Shown: in pieces, positions 32,975 through 43,000 of the stretch
Numbering within the stretch: position 1 is the first letter of the stretch
How the letters are laid out: each line of letters begins with the position of its first letter
Origin: an uncultured Thermoplasmatales archaeon
GTDB taxonomy: Archaea; Thermoplasmatota; E2; DHVEG-1
NCBI GenBank assembly: GCA_964592335.1
Contig: CAZQEU010000002.1
Coordinates: forward strand, 1 to 53,839
Direction of reading: 5' to 3'
Length of the DNA stretch: 53,839 nt
Position numbers and translations under genes: made by a program
The notes under the pieces: model-generated
What the model was told of the DNA's origin: nothing
Databases searched by the model: none
Seen by the model: the letters and a program-made list of their open reading frames with translations, nothing else

Positions 32975-35677
32975 ATGAGCGATTATAACCAGATAGAAAT
33001 TGAAAAAAAATGGCAGAAACACTGGCAAAAAGAAAAAATATATCATTTCAACTTTGAATCAAACAAAAAACCATATAGCATAGATGTACCACCACGTTAT
33101 GCATCAGGACCACTTCACGCAGGCCATGCCGTACATTACACCCATATAGATTTTGCAGCAAGATACAAACGTATGAAAGGATACGAAGTATTTTTCCCAC
33201 TATGTTTTGACGTAAACGGGATACCAATCGAAGAACGCGTTGAAAGACAAATGGGTATAACAAGAAAAGACATAGACAGACATAAATTTACAAAACTATG
33301 CAGCAAATTTGCAAATAAAAACATCAAAACAATGACAAATCAATTCATCATACTTGGAGAAAGCATGGACCCGAGTATATACTATCAAACAGATGCAGAA
33401 TATTACCGCCGTCTCACTCAGATAAGCTTTATCGAGCTTTTTGATAAAGGACTTATCTACAAAGGAAAATTTCCAGTAAACTGGTGCCCAAGATGTATGA
33501 CTGCGATGGCAGATGCAGAAGTAAATTACAAAGATAGACAGACCAAACTAAACACTATAAAATTTTATTTCAAAGACCGACCTGCAGAGCAAATACTAAG
33601 CTATCATGGCATCGGAAAAGACAAAAAAGGAATCTATGTAGAAATTGCGACAACCAGACCTGAGATGCTACCAAGCTGTCAAATAGTAGCAGTACACCCA
33701 ACTGATGAACGTGCACCATGGCTAGTAAATCAAACCCTTCTGGTACCTGTTTTTGAAAAAGAAGTAAAAATCGTGGAAGACGATGCAGTTGACCCTGATT
33801 TCGGATCAGGAGTTGTGATGATATGTACAGTTGGAGACAAAGAAGATCTAAACTGGGTATTCAAATATAAACTACCAATAGAGATGAGCATCAACGAAGA
33901 AGGATGCATGACAGATATCTGTGGCAAATACAAAGATATGAAAATAAAAGATGCCAGAGATAATATCATATCTGATATGAAAAAAGAAGGACTCCTTCTA
34001 AAATCAGTCCCTCTTGACCAAAATGTGGGTGTATGCTGGCGATGTAAAACACCTGTTGAGTTTGTAAACGCTGAGCAATGGTTCCTCAAAACCACTGATT
34101 TTAAAAAACTAGTCCTTAAAAAATCAGATGAGATGAACTGGTACCCAGAATACATGAAAGTAAGACTAGAAGAATGGGTAAACAGCCTTGAATGGGACTG
34201 GGTAATATCAAGACAACGATATTTTGCAACACCAATACCTCTTTGGGAATGTGAAAAATGCAAAAAAGTAATACTTGCAAGAAAAAAAGATTGTTATATC
34301 GACCCAACAATAGATAAACCACCAGTTGAAAAATGCCCTAAATGCGGTGGTAAACTAATAGGCTGTGAAGATGTATTTGATACATGGATGGACTCAAGTA
34401 TATCACCACTCTACAATACTTTCTGGAATCGCGATGACAAAAAATTCAAAAAACTCTATCCAATGAGCGTTCGACCACAATCCCATGATATCATTCGAAC
34501 ATGGGCTTTTTACACAATTCTAAGATGCACACTTATAACAGATGAAAAACCCTTTGAAAACATAATGATGGGGGGTTTTATCCTCTCAGAAGATGGAACA
34601 CCAATGCATGCAAGCCTAGGAAATGTAATAGACCCACTAAAAATAATAAAAAAACATGGCACAGATGCATTCAGATGCTATGCAGCAAGCTGCTCACTAG
34701 GAGAAGACAACCCATTTAGACAAAAAGATGTAATACGTGGCAAAAAACTACTTCGTAAAATATACAACGTTCAAAACTTTATAATAAACATTTTAAAAGA
34801 TGAAAAACCCAAGAAAACAGAACTATCTATGGTTGATAAATGGATTCTTACAAAATATAGTAAACTGGTAGAAAAATGTACAAAACAAATGAATATTTTT
34901 GACTACAGCCAGACAATGAAAGACGTTGAATACTTTTTATGGCATGAACTAGCAGATCACTACCTTGAAATGATAAAATCAAGTATCCATAAAAACAAAA
35001 ATACTGATAGTATAAAATACACGCTTTACACAATAGGTCTTGGGACACTCAAACTTTTTGCAGTGTTCTTCCCACATATAACAGAAGAAATCTATCAAAA
35101 CTTCTACAAAGAATTCGAAAAGGACAAAAGTATACATCTATCCAGCTGGCCCAAACCTGTTTTAAAGGATGCAGATGCAGAAAAAAACGGTGAAAACATC
35201 AAAAACTATATCTCACAGATACGTAGTTGGAAAAGCGAACAAGGAATAGCACTAAACGCTCCAATACAAGCAATAGCAACCTATTCATCAAAAAACTATA
35301 TAGATAGCATCAAAACAAGTGATTTTATAATTAAATCAACCCTAAAATATCCTGATAAACATGATTTTATAATTGGAAAACCAGAAGTCGAAGAAAAAAT
35401 AACAAAGATCAAACCTGTTTTTTCAAAAATAGGCCCAAATCTTAAATCAGAGGCAAAAAAACTTGTAAATTACTTGAAACAAAAACAGGATGAGATAATT
35501 ACTAAAATCGAATCTGAGGGAGACCTACTTCTTTTGCAAATACCTAGCATAAACATTGATTCAAAAGAAAAACTGCTAAAAGATGGCTACATACAAGTTG
35601 AAAAAGAAGTAAATGTCAAAGGAAAAGATAGCCACATAATCTCTTTTAATGGCTTTTATTTGGAGATAAAAGATTAA
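32975..35677 (+). CDS. valS: Valine--tRNA ligase (archaeal/type-2 ValRS)
   Basis: PPRYASGPLHAGHAVHYTHIDFAARYKRMKGYEVFFPLCFDVNGIPIE (HIGH region), WCPRC, DTWMDSS, RPQSHDIIRTWAFYT. The KMSKS position reads PMHAS. Confidence 0.8.
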   Translation: MSDYNQIEIEKKWQKHWQKEKIYHFNFESNKKPYSIDVPPRYASGPLHAGHAVHYTHIDFAARYKRMKGYEVFFPLCFDVNGIPIEERVERQMGITRKDIDRHKFTKLCSKFANKNIKTMTNQFIILGESMDPSIYYQTDAEYYRRLTQISFIELFDKGLIYKGKFPVNWCPRCMTAMADAEVNYKDRQTKLNTIKFYFKDRPAEQILSYHGIGKDKKGIYVEIATTRPEMLPSCQIVAVHPTDERAPWLVNQTLLVPVFEKEVKIVEDDAVDPDFGSGVVMICTVGDKEDLNWVFKYKLPIEMSINEEGCMTDICGKYKDMKIKDARDNIISDMKKEGLLLKSVPLDQNVGVCWRCKTPVEFVNAEQWFLKTTDFKKLVLKKSDEMNWYPEYMKVRLEEWVNSLEWDWVISRQRYFATPIPLWECEKCKKVILARKKDCYIDPTIDKPPVEKCPKCGGKLIGCEDVFDTWMDSSISPLYNTFWNRDDKKFKKLYPMSVRPQSHDIIRTWAFYTILRCTLITDEKPFENIMMGGFILSEDGTPMHASLGNVIDPLKIIKKHGTDAFRCYAASCSLGEDNPFRQKDVIRGKKLLRKIYNVQNFIINILKDEKPKKTELSMVDKWILTKYSKLVEKCTKQMNIFDYSQTMKDVEYFLWHELADHYLEMIKSSIHKNKNTDSIKYTLYTIGLGTLKLFAVFFPHITEEIYQNFYKEFEKDKSIHLSSWPKPVLKDADAEKNGENIKNYISQIRSWKSEQGIALNAPIQAIATYSSKNYIDSIKTSDFIIKSTLKYPDKHDFIIGKPEVEEKITKIKPVFSKIGPNLKSEAKKLVNYLKQKQDEIITKIESEGDLLLLQIPSINIDSKEKLLKDGYIQVEKEVNVKGKDSHIISFNGFYLEIKD

Positions 35678-35741
35678 AAATCTTTTTTTTCTCGATACCT
35701 ATTTAAATAAGTTTTTAATTTAGCCCGACCAGTGATTTATT

Positions 35742-37055
35742 ATGGTAGCTAAAAAATCATCAAAAAATGACGCTAAAGTAATGAACCGATGGCTAATTGT
35801 GATTGGGGCTATAATGATTCAAGTTGCACTTGGTGCAATATATGCATGGAGTGCTTTTACCGGAGCCCTTCAATCAGAGACATTTGCATTTAGTAAAACA
35901 GAAACCCAAGCAATTTTTAGTGCAGGTCTTGCAACATTTGCAGTATTTACAATAATTGGTGGCAGACTTGCTAAAAGATATAGCCCAAGAAATATCGCAC
36001 TTCTGGGTGGTGTATTTTTAGGTCTTGGATATATACTTGCAAGTTTTGTTGGCGCAAGCTTTCCATTAAAACTACTTTTCTTAGGTGTAATGGGTGGCGC
36101 TGGTATTGGTCTTGGATACGTTGTACCAATAGCAGTAGGAGTTAAATGGTTCCCAGATAAAAAAGGACTAGTAAGTGGTCTTGCGGTTGCAGGGTTTGGT
36201 TTTGGAGCATTTATATGGATACTTATTGCAAATCCTCCAGCAGTCCTTGGATTCAATGGTTTAATATCTGGTAATTTTGCCATAGCAAACGTTGATATGG
36301 CTTTTAGAATCTATGGAATAGCATTTTTAGCACTTGTTGTACTTGGCTCACTTGTTATGGTGAATCCACCGCAGGGATGGCTTCCAAAAGGATATAAACC
36401 ACCTGAGGAAGACAAATCTGGTAAAAAGAAATTTAAGATTGATTTAAAACCCAAAGAAATGCTTCATACAAGACAATTCTATCTTTTATGGATGATGTTT
36501 TTCATAGGTGCTCTTGCAGGACTTATGGTTATAGGTAATATTCAGAATTTTGCTACATCTGGTACCGATGGATTTGCAGCTTCTATGCCTGATGCCCAAG
36601 CAAAAGATATAGCTGTTATTGGTGCTGCATTATGTCTTCCTATATTCAACGGTCTTGGAAGAATTATTTGGGGTAAAGTATCAGATAATCTTGGAAGAAA
36701 AAAATCAATTATTGCAATGTGTATCTTCCAAGGAATTATGATGCTAGCATTCTTCTATACTACAGTAAACCCAATGTTTTTCTATGTAGCAGCCGCTCTT
36801 ATTGGTTTTAACTTTGGTGCAAACTTTGCGTTGTTCCCAGCAGCAACAGCAGATAGTTTCGGCTCAGAAAACGTTGGTCTGAACTATGGTTTCGTATTCA
36901 CATCATATGGTGTAGGCGGAATCGTAGGACCAATTCTAGCGGGTATGGTAAAAGATGCTGGTATGAGCTATATGTATGCATTTATTCCTGCAGCAATTCT
37001 CTGTTTTGTTGCAGCAGGTATTGCACTAATATACAAACCACATGTTGAGAAATAA
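35742..37055 (+). CDS. MFS transporter, oxalate/formate antiporter (OFA)-like
   Basis: 12-TM pattern. N-terminus is RWLIVIGAIMIQVALGAIYAWS, with a GGRLAKRYSPR loop motif. Confidence 0.75.
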   Translation: MVAKKSSKNDAKVMNRWLIVIGAIMIQVALGAIYAWSAFTGALQSETFAFSKTETQAIFSAGLATFAVFTIIGGRLAKRYSPRNIALLGGVFLGLGYILASFVGASFPLKLLFLGVMGGAGIGLGYVVPIAVGVKWFPDKKGLVSGLAVAGFGFGAFIWILIANPPAVLGFNGLISGNFAIANVDMAFRIYGIAFLALVVLGSLVMVNPPQGWLPKGYKPPEEDKSGKKKFKIDLKPKEMLHTRQFYLLWMMFFIGALAGLMVIGNIQNFATSGTDGFAASMPDAQAKDIAVIGAALCLPIFNGLGRIIWGKVSDNLGRKKSIIAMCIFQGIMMLAFFYTTVNPMFFYVAAALIGFNFGANFALFPAATADSFGSENVGLNYGFVFTSYGVGGIVGPILAGMVKDAGMSYMYAFIPAAILCFVAAGIALIYKPHVEK

Positions 37056-37093
37056 TCTTATTTCTCACTTTTTTTATTTCTTTTTTTTTTTAA

Positions 37094-37642
37094 TTGATGG
37101 AGTTTTTTTTAATGGAAAAGTTAACAATTGGGTCTCTTAAAGAGTCTAATAAAAACTTTATTTCTAAGAATACTTCCGGGCTAAAAAAACATGTAGCAGG
37201 TCAAGATCCTAAACTGGTAGTTCTTACTTGTGCTGATTCACGTGTTGTCCCTGAGTTTATCTTTGATAAAAAGATAGGTGAGATATTTGTTGTAAGGGTC
37301 GCAGGAAATGTAGCATTTGATCCTAGCGTAATTGCTTCTTTAGAATATGCTGTAGATCATCTAAAACCAGATATCCTGTTAATCCTCGGTCATACTAATT
37401 GTGGTGCTGTAAAAGCCGCAGAAGAATGTACAGAAGAATGCGGGGATTTATTAAACGAGGTTAAAAAGGGTTTTAGTCTTAATTCAAACCATGTTATTGG
37501 AAATTTGAAAAGGCAATTTGAGCTTCTTCCGGGCAGAAGTAAAGTTATTTCAAAAGCAATATATGAAGGAAAAATAAAACTAGTTGCAGGAATTTATGAT
37601 CTTCAAACAGGTATTATAAATTTTTTCTCAGATTTCGATTAA
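37094..37642 (+). CDS. Beta-class carbonic anhydrase
   Basis: CADSRV and GHTNCGAV zinc-ligand motifs. Confidence 0.8.
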   Translation: MMEFFLMEKLTIGSLKESNKNFISKNTSGLKKHVAGQDPKLVVLTCADSRVVPEFIFDKKIGEIFVVRVAGNVAFDPSVIASLEYAVDHLKPDILLILGHTNCGAVKAAEECTEECGDLLNEVKKGFSLNSNHVIGNLKRQFELLPGRSKVISKAIYEGKIKLVAGIYDLQTGIINFFSDFD

Positions 37643-38608
37643 TTGGTATTTAGTACTACCCAGACCTATCTCCTCACCATATTTTATTTGTTTTTCAGGA
37701 TCAACATTGTTTTCTTTTTTAAATATATCTGGTTTTATATCATTTACCAAATCAAGGCTTGCCTTGTCTATTGCCACTGGATCATCAGATACAAGATAAC
37801 CAATATCTGGACATATTACTGGTCCTGCTCCTGGATCACAGTCACAACCTTTTGAAATACGATTAACATCATTTAGATAAACAACGTTTTTATCTTTTAA
37901 AGCAGCATATGCGGCACATGCCAACAGGTACTGAAAGTTTTTATCTTCATTTACAATCCCACCTTGTTTACAGTTGTCAACACATACTCCGCATCCAAAA
38001 CATTTCTTTTTTGAAATACTCCATTTTCCTTCTGACACCTTTATTGCATTAAAAGGACATACCTCAGCACATACCCCACAATAAGTACATTTATCTTTTT
38101 TGTAATCGGGCCTACTTGCATAATGGATTTCTTTCTTTGTTTTTTTTGTAACTCCACCCATTCCAAAGTTTTTAATCGCAGCGCCCATACCACTTGCTAT
38201 ATGTCCTTTTACATGTGAAAAGGCAAAGACACAATCTGATTTATATAAAGATTTTGCTACCTTATAATCTCTACCTTCAACTGAAACATTTTTCCCTCTG
38301 TTATCTATTACAACATCTGCACCCAATTTGCTGAAACCATGTATCTTTGCAACTCTCTTGTATCCTACTTTAAAACCTCTGGGGCCGGGGTATGCCACAG
38401 TTGTATCATAAAGGAAGGGTTTTCCTTTTCTTTTAAAAAGTTCATTTAGTACTTTTCCAACAGTTTCAGGCCTTGGAAAATACTTGTTTTTAATCTCCCC
38501 CATGTGAAGTTTGAAAGGATATCTTTTGTTTTCAAAGCTAGTTAAATCAAAGTTGTCAAGTGCCTCACCTATCTTATTTTCATCAGTAAAAAATACTACT
38601 TTTTTCAT
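37628..38608 (-). CDS. DUF362-family Fe-S protein with a 2x[4Fe-4S] ferredoxin insert (COG2768)
   Basis: CTYCGVCAEVCP and CFGCGVCVDNC. The ATG at 38608 forms an ATGA overlap with the upstream stop and follows GGGAGA, so it is preferred over 38626. Confidence 0.75.
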   Translation of the reverse strand: MKKVVFFTDENKIGEALDNFDLTSFENKRYPFKLHMGEIKNKYFPRPETVGKVLNELFKRKGKPFLYDTTVAYPGPRGFKVGYKRVAKIHGFSKLGADVVIDNRGKNVSVEGRDYKVAKSLYKSDCVFAFSHVKGHIASGMGAAIKNFGMGGVTKKTKKEIHYASRPDYKKDKCTYCGVCAEVCPFNAIKVSEGKWSISKKKCFGCGVCVDNCKQGGIVNEDKNFQYLLACAAYAALKDKNVVYLNDVNRISKGCDCDPGAGPVICPDIGYLVSDDPVAIDKASLDLVNDIKPDIFKKENNVDPEKQIKYGEEIGLGSTKYQLIEI

Positions 38609-39897
38609 CCTATTTTTTTCTCCCATTTTTTGACTTTTACAACGGTTTCCAGACTTGAACCTGATTTTATTTCTTCACGTATACGATTTTCATGTTCTTT
38701 TACATCAAGGGCTCTATTCGTGATCTCCTGAGCTATTTCCTGTGGTACTACAACAAGGCCTGAATCATCCCCTATTATCCAGTCACCTGTCCTTATTTTC
38801 TGACCGCCACAGCTTATCTCTGCACCTATTTCACCAAGCCCTTTTGGTTCCCCAGCGTTAGGTGCTATATACCGGCTATAGATTGGTATATCTATTTTTA
38901 CAATGTCATCTAGATCCCTTATAGCTCCATCTATTACTACACCTGCAAGTTTTTTTTGTTTTGCACTATGTGTTGCAAGCTCGCCCCATACAGCAGTTTT
39001 GCCGCCGTTTACATCTATTACTATTACTTCTCCAGGTTTTGCCTTGTCGATTGCTTCTACGGGTTTTGCCCAGTCTCCATCGATGGTTCTTACTGTTAAT
39101 GCTTGCCCTGTCATATGAAAACCTTGTTTTACAGGTTTTATACCAGTTATTGCGCCTGTTTTGTGCATTGCATCAGATATATTTGGTGTTGATACAAGTG
39201 AGAATGCTTTTTTCAAATCTGTTTTATCATATTTTTTAAAAAGATCTGTTTTAATAATTTTTTTGTCAACTATTGATTTTTTAATTTTTTTTGTAGCAGA
39301 TTCCACATCTTTTGCTTTTGTAATTGCCCCACCAACAATTATTATACTTGCTCCTGATTTTACCATCTCAGGTGCTGTTTCGCTGTTTATTCCACCAGCA
39401 ACAGCGACTGGAATATTTGTTTTTTTAGCTATTTTTTTTAGTGTTTCAGTTGGTTTTTTTCCAGTCATCTGCTCATCAATTCCTACATGGATACATATAT
39501 AATCAGCACCTATTTTTTCTAGTTCTTCTGCTCTTTTTATTTTGTTTTTTACACCTATTAAATCTATCATTATTTTTGAGCCATATTTTCTAGCTGATTT
39601 TACTGCATCTTTAATGGTGCTATTATCTGCTGCGGCAAGTATCACTACTACGTCTGCTCCTGCTTTACTAGCCATTTCTGTTTCAAATGCACCTGTATCC
39701 ATTGTTTTCATATCTGCTACAATTGTTTTTTCTGAGTGTTTTTCTTTAAGTTTTCTTATAATATTCATTCCCTCTGATTTTATAAGAGGTGTTCCTGCTT
39801 CTATAAAATCTGCTCCGCCTCTCACAGTTTCTTTTGCTATTTGTATTGCTCTATGTTCGTTTAATAAATCTAGGGCTACTTGTAGAACTGGTTTCAT
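38605..39897 (-). CDS. Bifunctional 3-hexulose-6-phosphate synthase (HPS) / RraA-like (aldolase-regulator fold) fusion protein
   Basis: The N-half is LQVALDLLN...GADFIEAGTPLIK (OMPdecase/HPS family). The C-half is ISDAM...GELATHSAKQKKLAGVVIDGAIRD (RraA family). Confidence 0.75.
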   Translation of the reverse strand: MKPVLQVALDLLNEHRAIQIAKETVRGGADFIEAGTPLIKSEGMNIIRKLKEKHSEKTIVADMKTMDTGAFETEMASKAGADVVVILAAADNSTIKDAVKSARKYGSKIMIDLIGVKNKIKRAEELEKIGADYICIHVGIDEQMTGKKPTETLKKIAKKTNIPVAVAGGINSETAPEMVKSGASIIIVGGAITKAKDVESATKKIKKSIVDKKIIKTDLFKKYDKTDLKKAFSLVSTPNISDAMHKTGAITGIKPVKQGFHMTGQALTVRTIDGDWAKPVEAIDKAKPGEVIVIDVNGGKTAVWGELATHSAKQKKLAGVVIDGAIRDLDDIVKIDIPIYSRYIAPNAGEPKGLGEIGAEISCGGQKIRTGDWIIGDDSGLVVVPQEIAQEITNRALDVKEHENRIREEIKSGSSLETVVKVKKWEKKIG

Positions 39898-39938
39898 TAA
39901 AAAAAGGAATAAACAACTCTTTATTTAAAGGATAGTGC

Positions 39939-40436
39939 TTATTTTGATGAAGTAAAATTTCTTGTTTTTTCACAATTTTTTATTAAATCCCAGGGTCCTT
40001 CTGCAATTCCCATTAGTTTTTCTTTTTCTAATTGCATTTCTTCTAATGCTTTTATAATAAATACAAATAATCCTTCTGTTTTATTTTCTTTATGAATTTT
40101 TGCATATCCATATGTTACATTGTTAGGATCAATGTTTGTGAGATATATTCCACTGCTACCACCATCTAAAATTTCATATTCATCTATGTTTTCTTTGTTT
40201 TCATACCAGCTTACTATATTTGATATCTCTGAGTTTGTAACATATAATGTTTTATTTAGATTCGAGCTTACATTCATTATATCCCAAATTGTTTCATTTT
40301 TATATGATGTTTGCTCTACGTCTGGAAACAAAGGATAAGAAACAGTTGTATTCTCTGATGTACAACCTGATAAAATAAGTATTAATAATATTAAAAACCC
40401 TGTTAATCCTTTTAGAATTTTTTTGTTCATATACAT
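39939..40436 (-). CDS. Hypothetical lipoprotein
   Basis: Signal peptide with a lipobox-like LILSGC. Confidence 0.5.
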   Translation of the reverse strand: MYMNKKILKGLTGFLILLILILSGCTSENTTVSYPLFPDVEQTSYKNETIWDIMNVSSNLNKTLYVTNSEISNIVSWYENKENIDEYEILDGGSSGIYLTNIDPNNVTYGYAKIHKENKTEGLFVFIIKALEEMQLEKEKLMGIAEGPWDLIKNCEKTRNFTSSK

Positions 40437-40531
40437 CCCACAACAGACCGGAATAGTTTTTTTAATTAATTAATTCTTTGCATTTTAAAAAGAAAGGTTT
40501 ATACAAAAAATCTTTATTATATTAGTTTGAG

Positions 40532-41344
40532 ATGAAAAAAACAAAAAATCAGAATTTTCATAAAAGATCTTCAGAGGATTTCAATGATTTTGTAAAAAAA
40601 TTAGAATTACAAGCAATTGAGACTGCAGAAGAAAGAATACCTCTCTATCTTAAAATAGGGGTCAAAGATGCAGATCTAATACTGGATGTTGGCTGTGGTT
40701 CAGGGATGGTTACAAGGGATATCGTGCATCTAACCAAAGGAAAAGTAATAGCATCAGATGGTTCAGATGAGATGATTAAGGCAGCAGAAAAGGTTCTTAA
40801 AAATTATGATAATGTTGAACTTAAAAAAGAAAACGCTGAAAACTTTTCCTTTAAAGACAACACCTTTGATATAGTTACATGTAATCTTTTTCTTATGTGG
40901 GTAGAAAATCCACAAAAAGTTGTAAATGAAATGGCACGTGTTATAAAACCAGGTGGAATAGTACTTGCTTCTTTGGAGCCTGATTATGGTGGTAAACTAC
41001 ATTACCCCGAAAACCCTCGTGTTGACAGAATTTTTGCAGGAGAAGCTATAAAAAAACGAGGTGGTGACCCTCATATCGGCCGTAAACTACGACTTTTATT
41101 TGTACGTGCTGGTTTAAAAACACAGGTTGGGATTGGAAATAACCGTATTTGGAGCTGCAAAGAGGATAAAGCATATTATCATCATTCACGTGATTTTTAT
41201 GTAAAAGCCTTAAAAGATGCAGGGCTTTCACAGGAGGAAATAGACTCTTGGGAGTTTGACTATCTTAGGTCCTTGGATGAAGGAGTTCAATTGAATTTTT
41301 TCCCTCAGTTTTATGCAATTGGCAGGAAACCAGAGGATTTATAA
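40532..41344 (+). CDS. Class I SAM-dependent methyltransferase
   Basis: Motif I is LDVGCGSGMV, plus post-I acidic and motif II/III spacing. Confidence 0.75.
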   Translation: MKKTKNQNFHKRSSEDFNDFVKKLELQAIETAEERIPLYLKIGVKDADLILDVGCGSGMVTRDIVHLTKGKVIASDGSDEMIKAAEKVLKNYDNVELKKENAENFSFKDNTFDIVTCNLFLMWVENPQKVVNEMARVIKPGGIVLASLEPDYGGKLHYPENPRVDRIFAGEAIKKRGGDPHIGRKLRLLFVRAGLKTQVGIGNNRIWSCKEDKAYYHHSRDFYVKALKDAGLSQEEIDSWEFDYLRSLDEGVQLNFFPQFYAIGRKPEDL

Positions 41345-41372
41345 CCGCCTTGAAAATTTCATTTTTTGATTA

Positions 41373-42224
41373 TTGATGGTTGCAAAAATTATCGATGGTA
41401 GAAAAATTTCCGAAAATATTTTTGAGGGAGTTTCTAAAGAAATAAAAAGACTTTATAACAAATATGATATAAAACCAAGAATAGCGTCTGTTATAATAGG
41501 TGAAAATAAAGAGTCAAATCTTTACCTAAATTTAAGAGATAAAGCATGTGAAAAAGTAGGTATTTCTTGCGTTCATGTCAGGCTTTCTGAAGATTCATCT
41601 GAAGAAAAAGTTATATCAAAAATATTGGAGTTAAACAATGATGATAGCATTCATGGTATTTTAGTTCAAATGCCTTTACCTGAGCATATTGATTCTAACA
41701 AAATTTTCGAGATTATGGATTCTTGTAAAGATGTCGAGGGTTTCACTCCTTATAATATGGGTCGTATGTTGCTTGGTGATGAACTCGTTGTTCCTTGTAC
41801 ACCTCTTGCTGTTTTAAAAATACTTGAGCATGAAAAAGTAGATTTAAAGGGAAAAGACGCTGTCATAATAAATCATAGTAATGTTGTTGGTAAACCACTT
41901 TCTGATCTTTTTTTAAATAGAAATGCATCTGTATCTGTCGTACATGTATTTACAAAAGATTTAAAGTTTTATACTAAAAATGCTGATATTTTAGTATCTG
42001 CTACAGGTGTTGCAAATATTATTAAAAAAGAACATGTAAAACCAGGTGCTTTTGTTGTTGATGTTGGTATTATAAAAACAAAAGATGGAGTAACAGGTGA
42101 TGTGGATGAATCTGTAAAGCAGATTGCAGGAAAACTAACACCTGTCCCAGGTGGTGTGGGCCCTTTAACAGTTGCTTGCTCTCTTTTAAATATGCTTAAA
42201 ACTTTTAAAAAATGTATTAAATAA
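41373..42224 (+). CDS. folD: Bifunctional methylenetetrahydrofolate dehydrogenase / methenyl-THF cyclohydrolase
   Basis: KIIDGRKIS..., HGILVQMPLP, CTPLAV, PVPGGVGPLT. Confidence 0.9.
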   Translation: MMVAKIIDGRKISENIFEGVSKEIKRLYNKYDIKPRIASVIIGENKESNLYLNLRDKACEKVGISCVHVRLSEDSSEEKVISKILELNNDDSIHGILVQMPLPEHIDSNKIFEIMDSCKDVEGFTPYNMGRMLLGDELVVPCTPLAVLKILEHEKVDLKGKDAVIINHSNVVGKPLSDLFLNRNASVSVVHVFTKDLKFYTKNADILVSATGVANIIKKEHVKPGAFVVDVGIIKTKDGVTGDVDESVKQIAGKLTPVPGGVGPLTVACSLLNMLKTFKKCIK

Positions 42225-42229
42225 ATTTT

Positions 42230-42994
42230 TTATGCTTCACTTTTGCTGAACATGTAACTACCGATCGAAAGTAGTATTATACAGATTACAAGAACTACTG
42301 CAAAATCTACTAGTGGAGGTAAAATAGTAGTTTGCGGTCCGAGCAGGCTTCCTCTCAGTCCATCTACCATATAAAATAAAGGATTGAAAAATGCGATATT
42401 TTTTAATATCTGGCTTTGTGCCAATGGGAAAAAGGCTGAGGATAGAAGTAAAAGCGGCATCATTACAAGATTCATAATTATTGGAAAAGATTGAAAATCA
42501 TTCATCTTTGATGCAAGAATTAAACCGAATCCTACTGCTGTAAAAGCCATTAAAATCATAAATATTATTGCAAGTATTATCCCATTAACACTTGACGGCC
42601 TTATTCCAAGACCAATTGCTATAGCTAAAATAAAAAACCCCTGTATAAGAGCTGTAGTAGCTCCACCAAGCGTTCTGCCTATTGTAATTGACATTCTACT
42701 TACAGGTGCGACAAGAACTTCCTGTAAAAAACCAAATTGTTTATCCCATAAGATGGAGACACCTGTAAACATACTTGAAAAAATTATTGACATTGAAATA
42801 ATGCCGGGTGCAAAAAAATGTAGGTAATCGCCTTCAAGTCCACCTATCGAAAGTGATCTAAAACCTGAACCTAGAATGAATAAAAAGAGTAGAGGCTGTG
42901 CAACACTTACAAGCAGACGACTTTTAGAACGGACAAATCTTTTCATTTGCCTAAGCCACATAACATATATTGCTTGAAGATTGACTATTTTCAT
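42230..42994 (-). CDS. ABC-2 type transporter permease
   Basis: 6-TM ABC-2 pattern, directly downstream of the ABC ATPase gene. Confidence 0.75.
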   Translation of the reverse strand: MKIVNLQAIYVMWLRQMKRFVRSKSRLLVSVAQPLLFLFILGSGFRSLSIGGLEGDYLHFFAPGIISMSIIFSSMFTGVSILWDKQFGFLQEVLVAPVSRMSITIGRTLGGATTALIQGFFILAIAIGLGIRPSSVNGIILAIIFMILMAFTAVGFGLILASKMNDFQSFPIIMNLVMMPLLLLSSAFFPLAQSQILKNIAFFNPLFYMVDGLRGSLLGPQTTILPPLVDFAVVLVICIILLSIGSYMFSKSEA

Positions 42995-43000
42995 TATTTA

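Noticed and set aside
35870-36283. Other long antisense ORFs inside the transporter, ValRS and HPS genes (also 47834..48388, 48632..48952, 33730..34263, 38903..39928)
   Set aside because: Each is embedded in a gene with strong family signatures on the other strand, and each lacks independent motif or start-site support.
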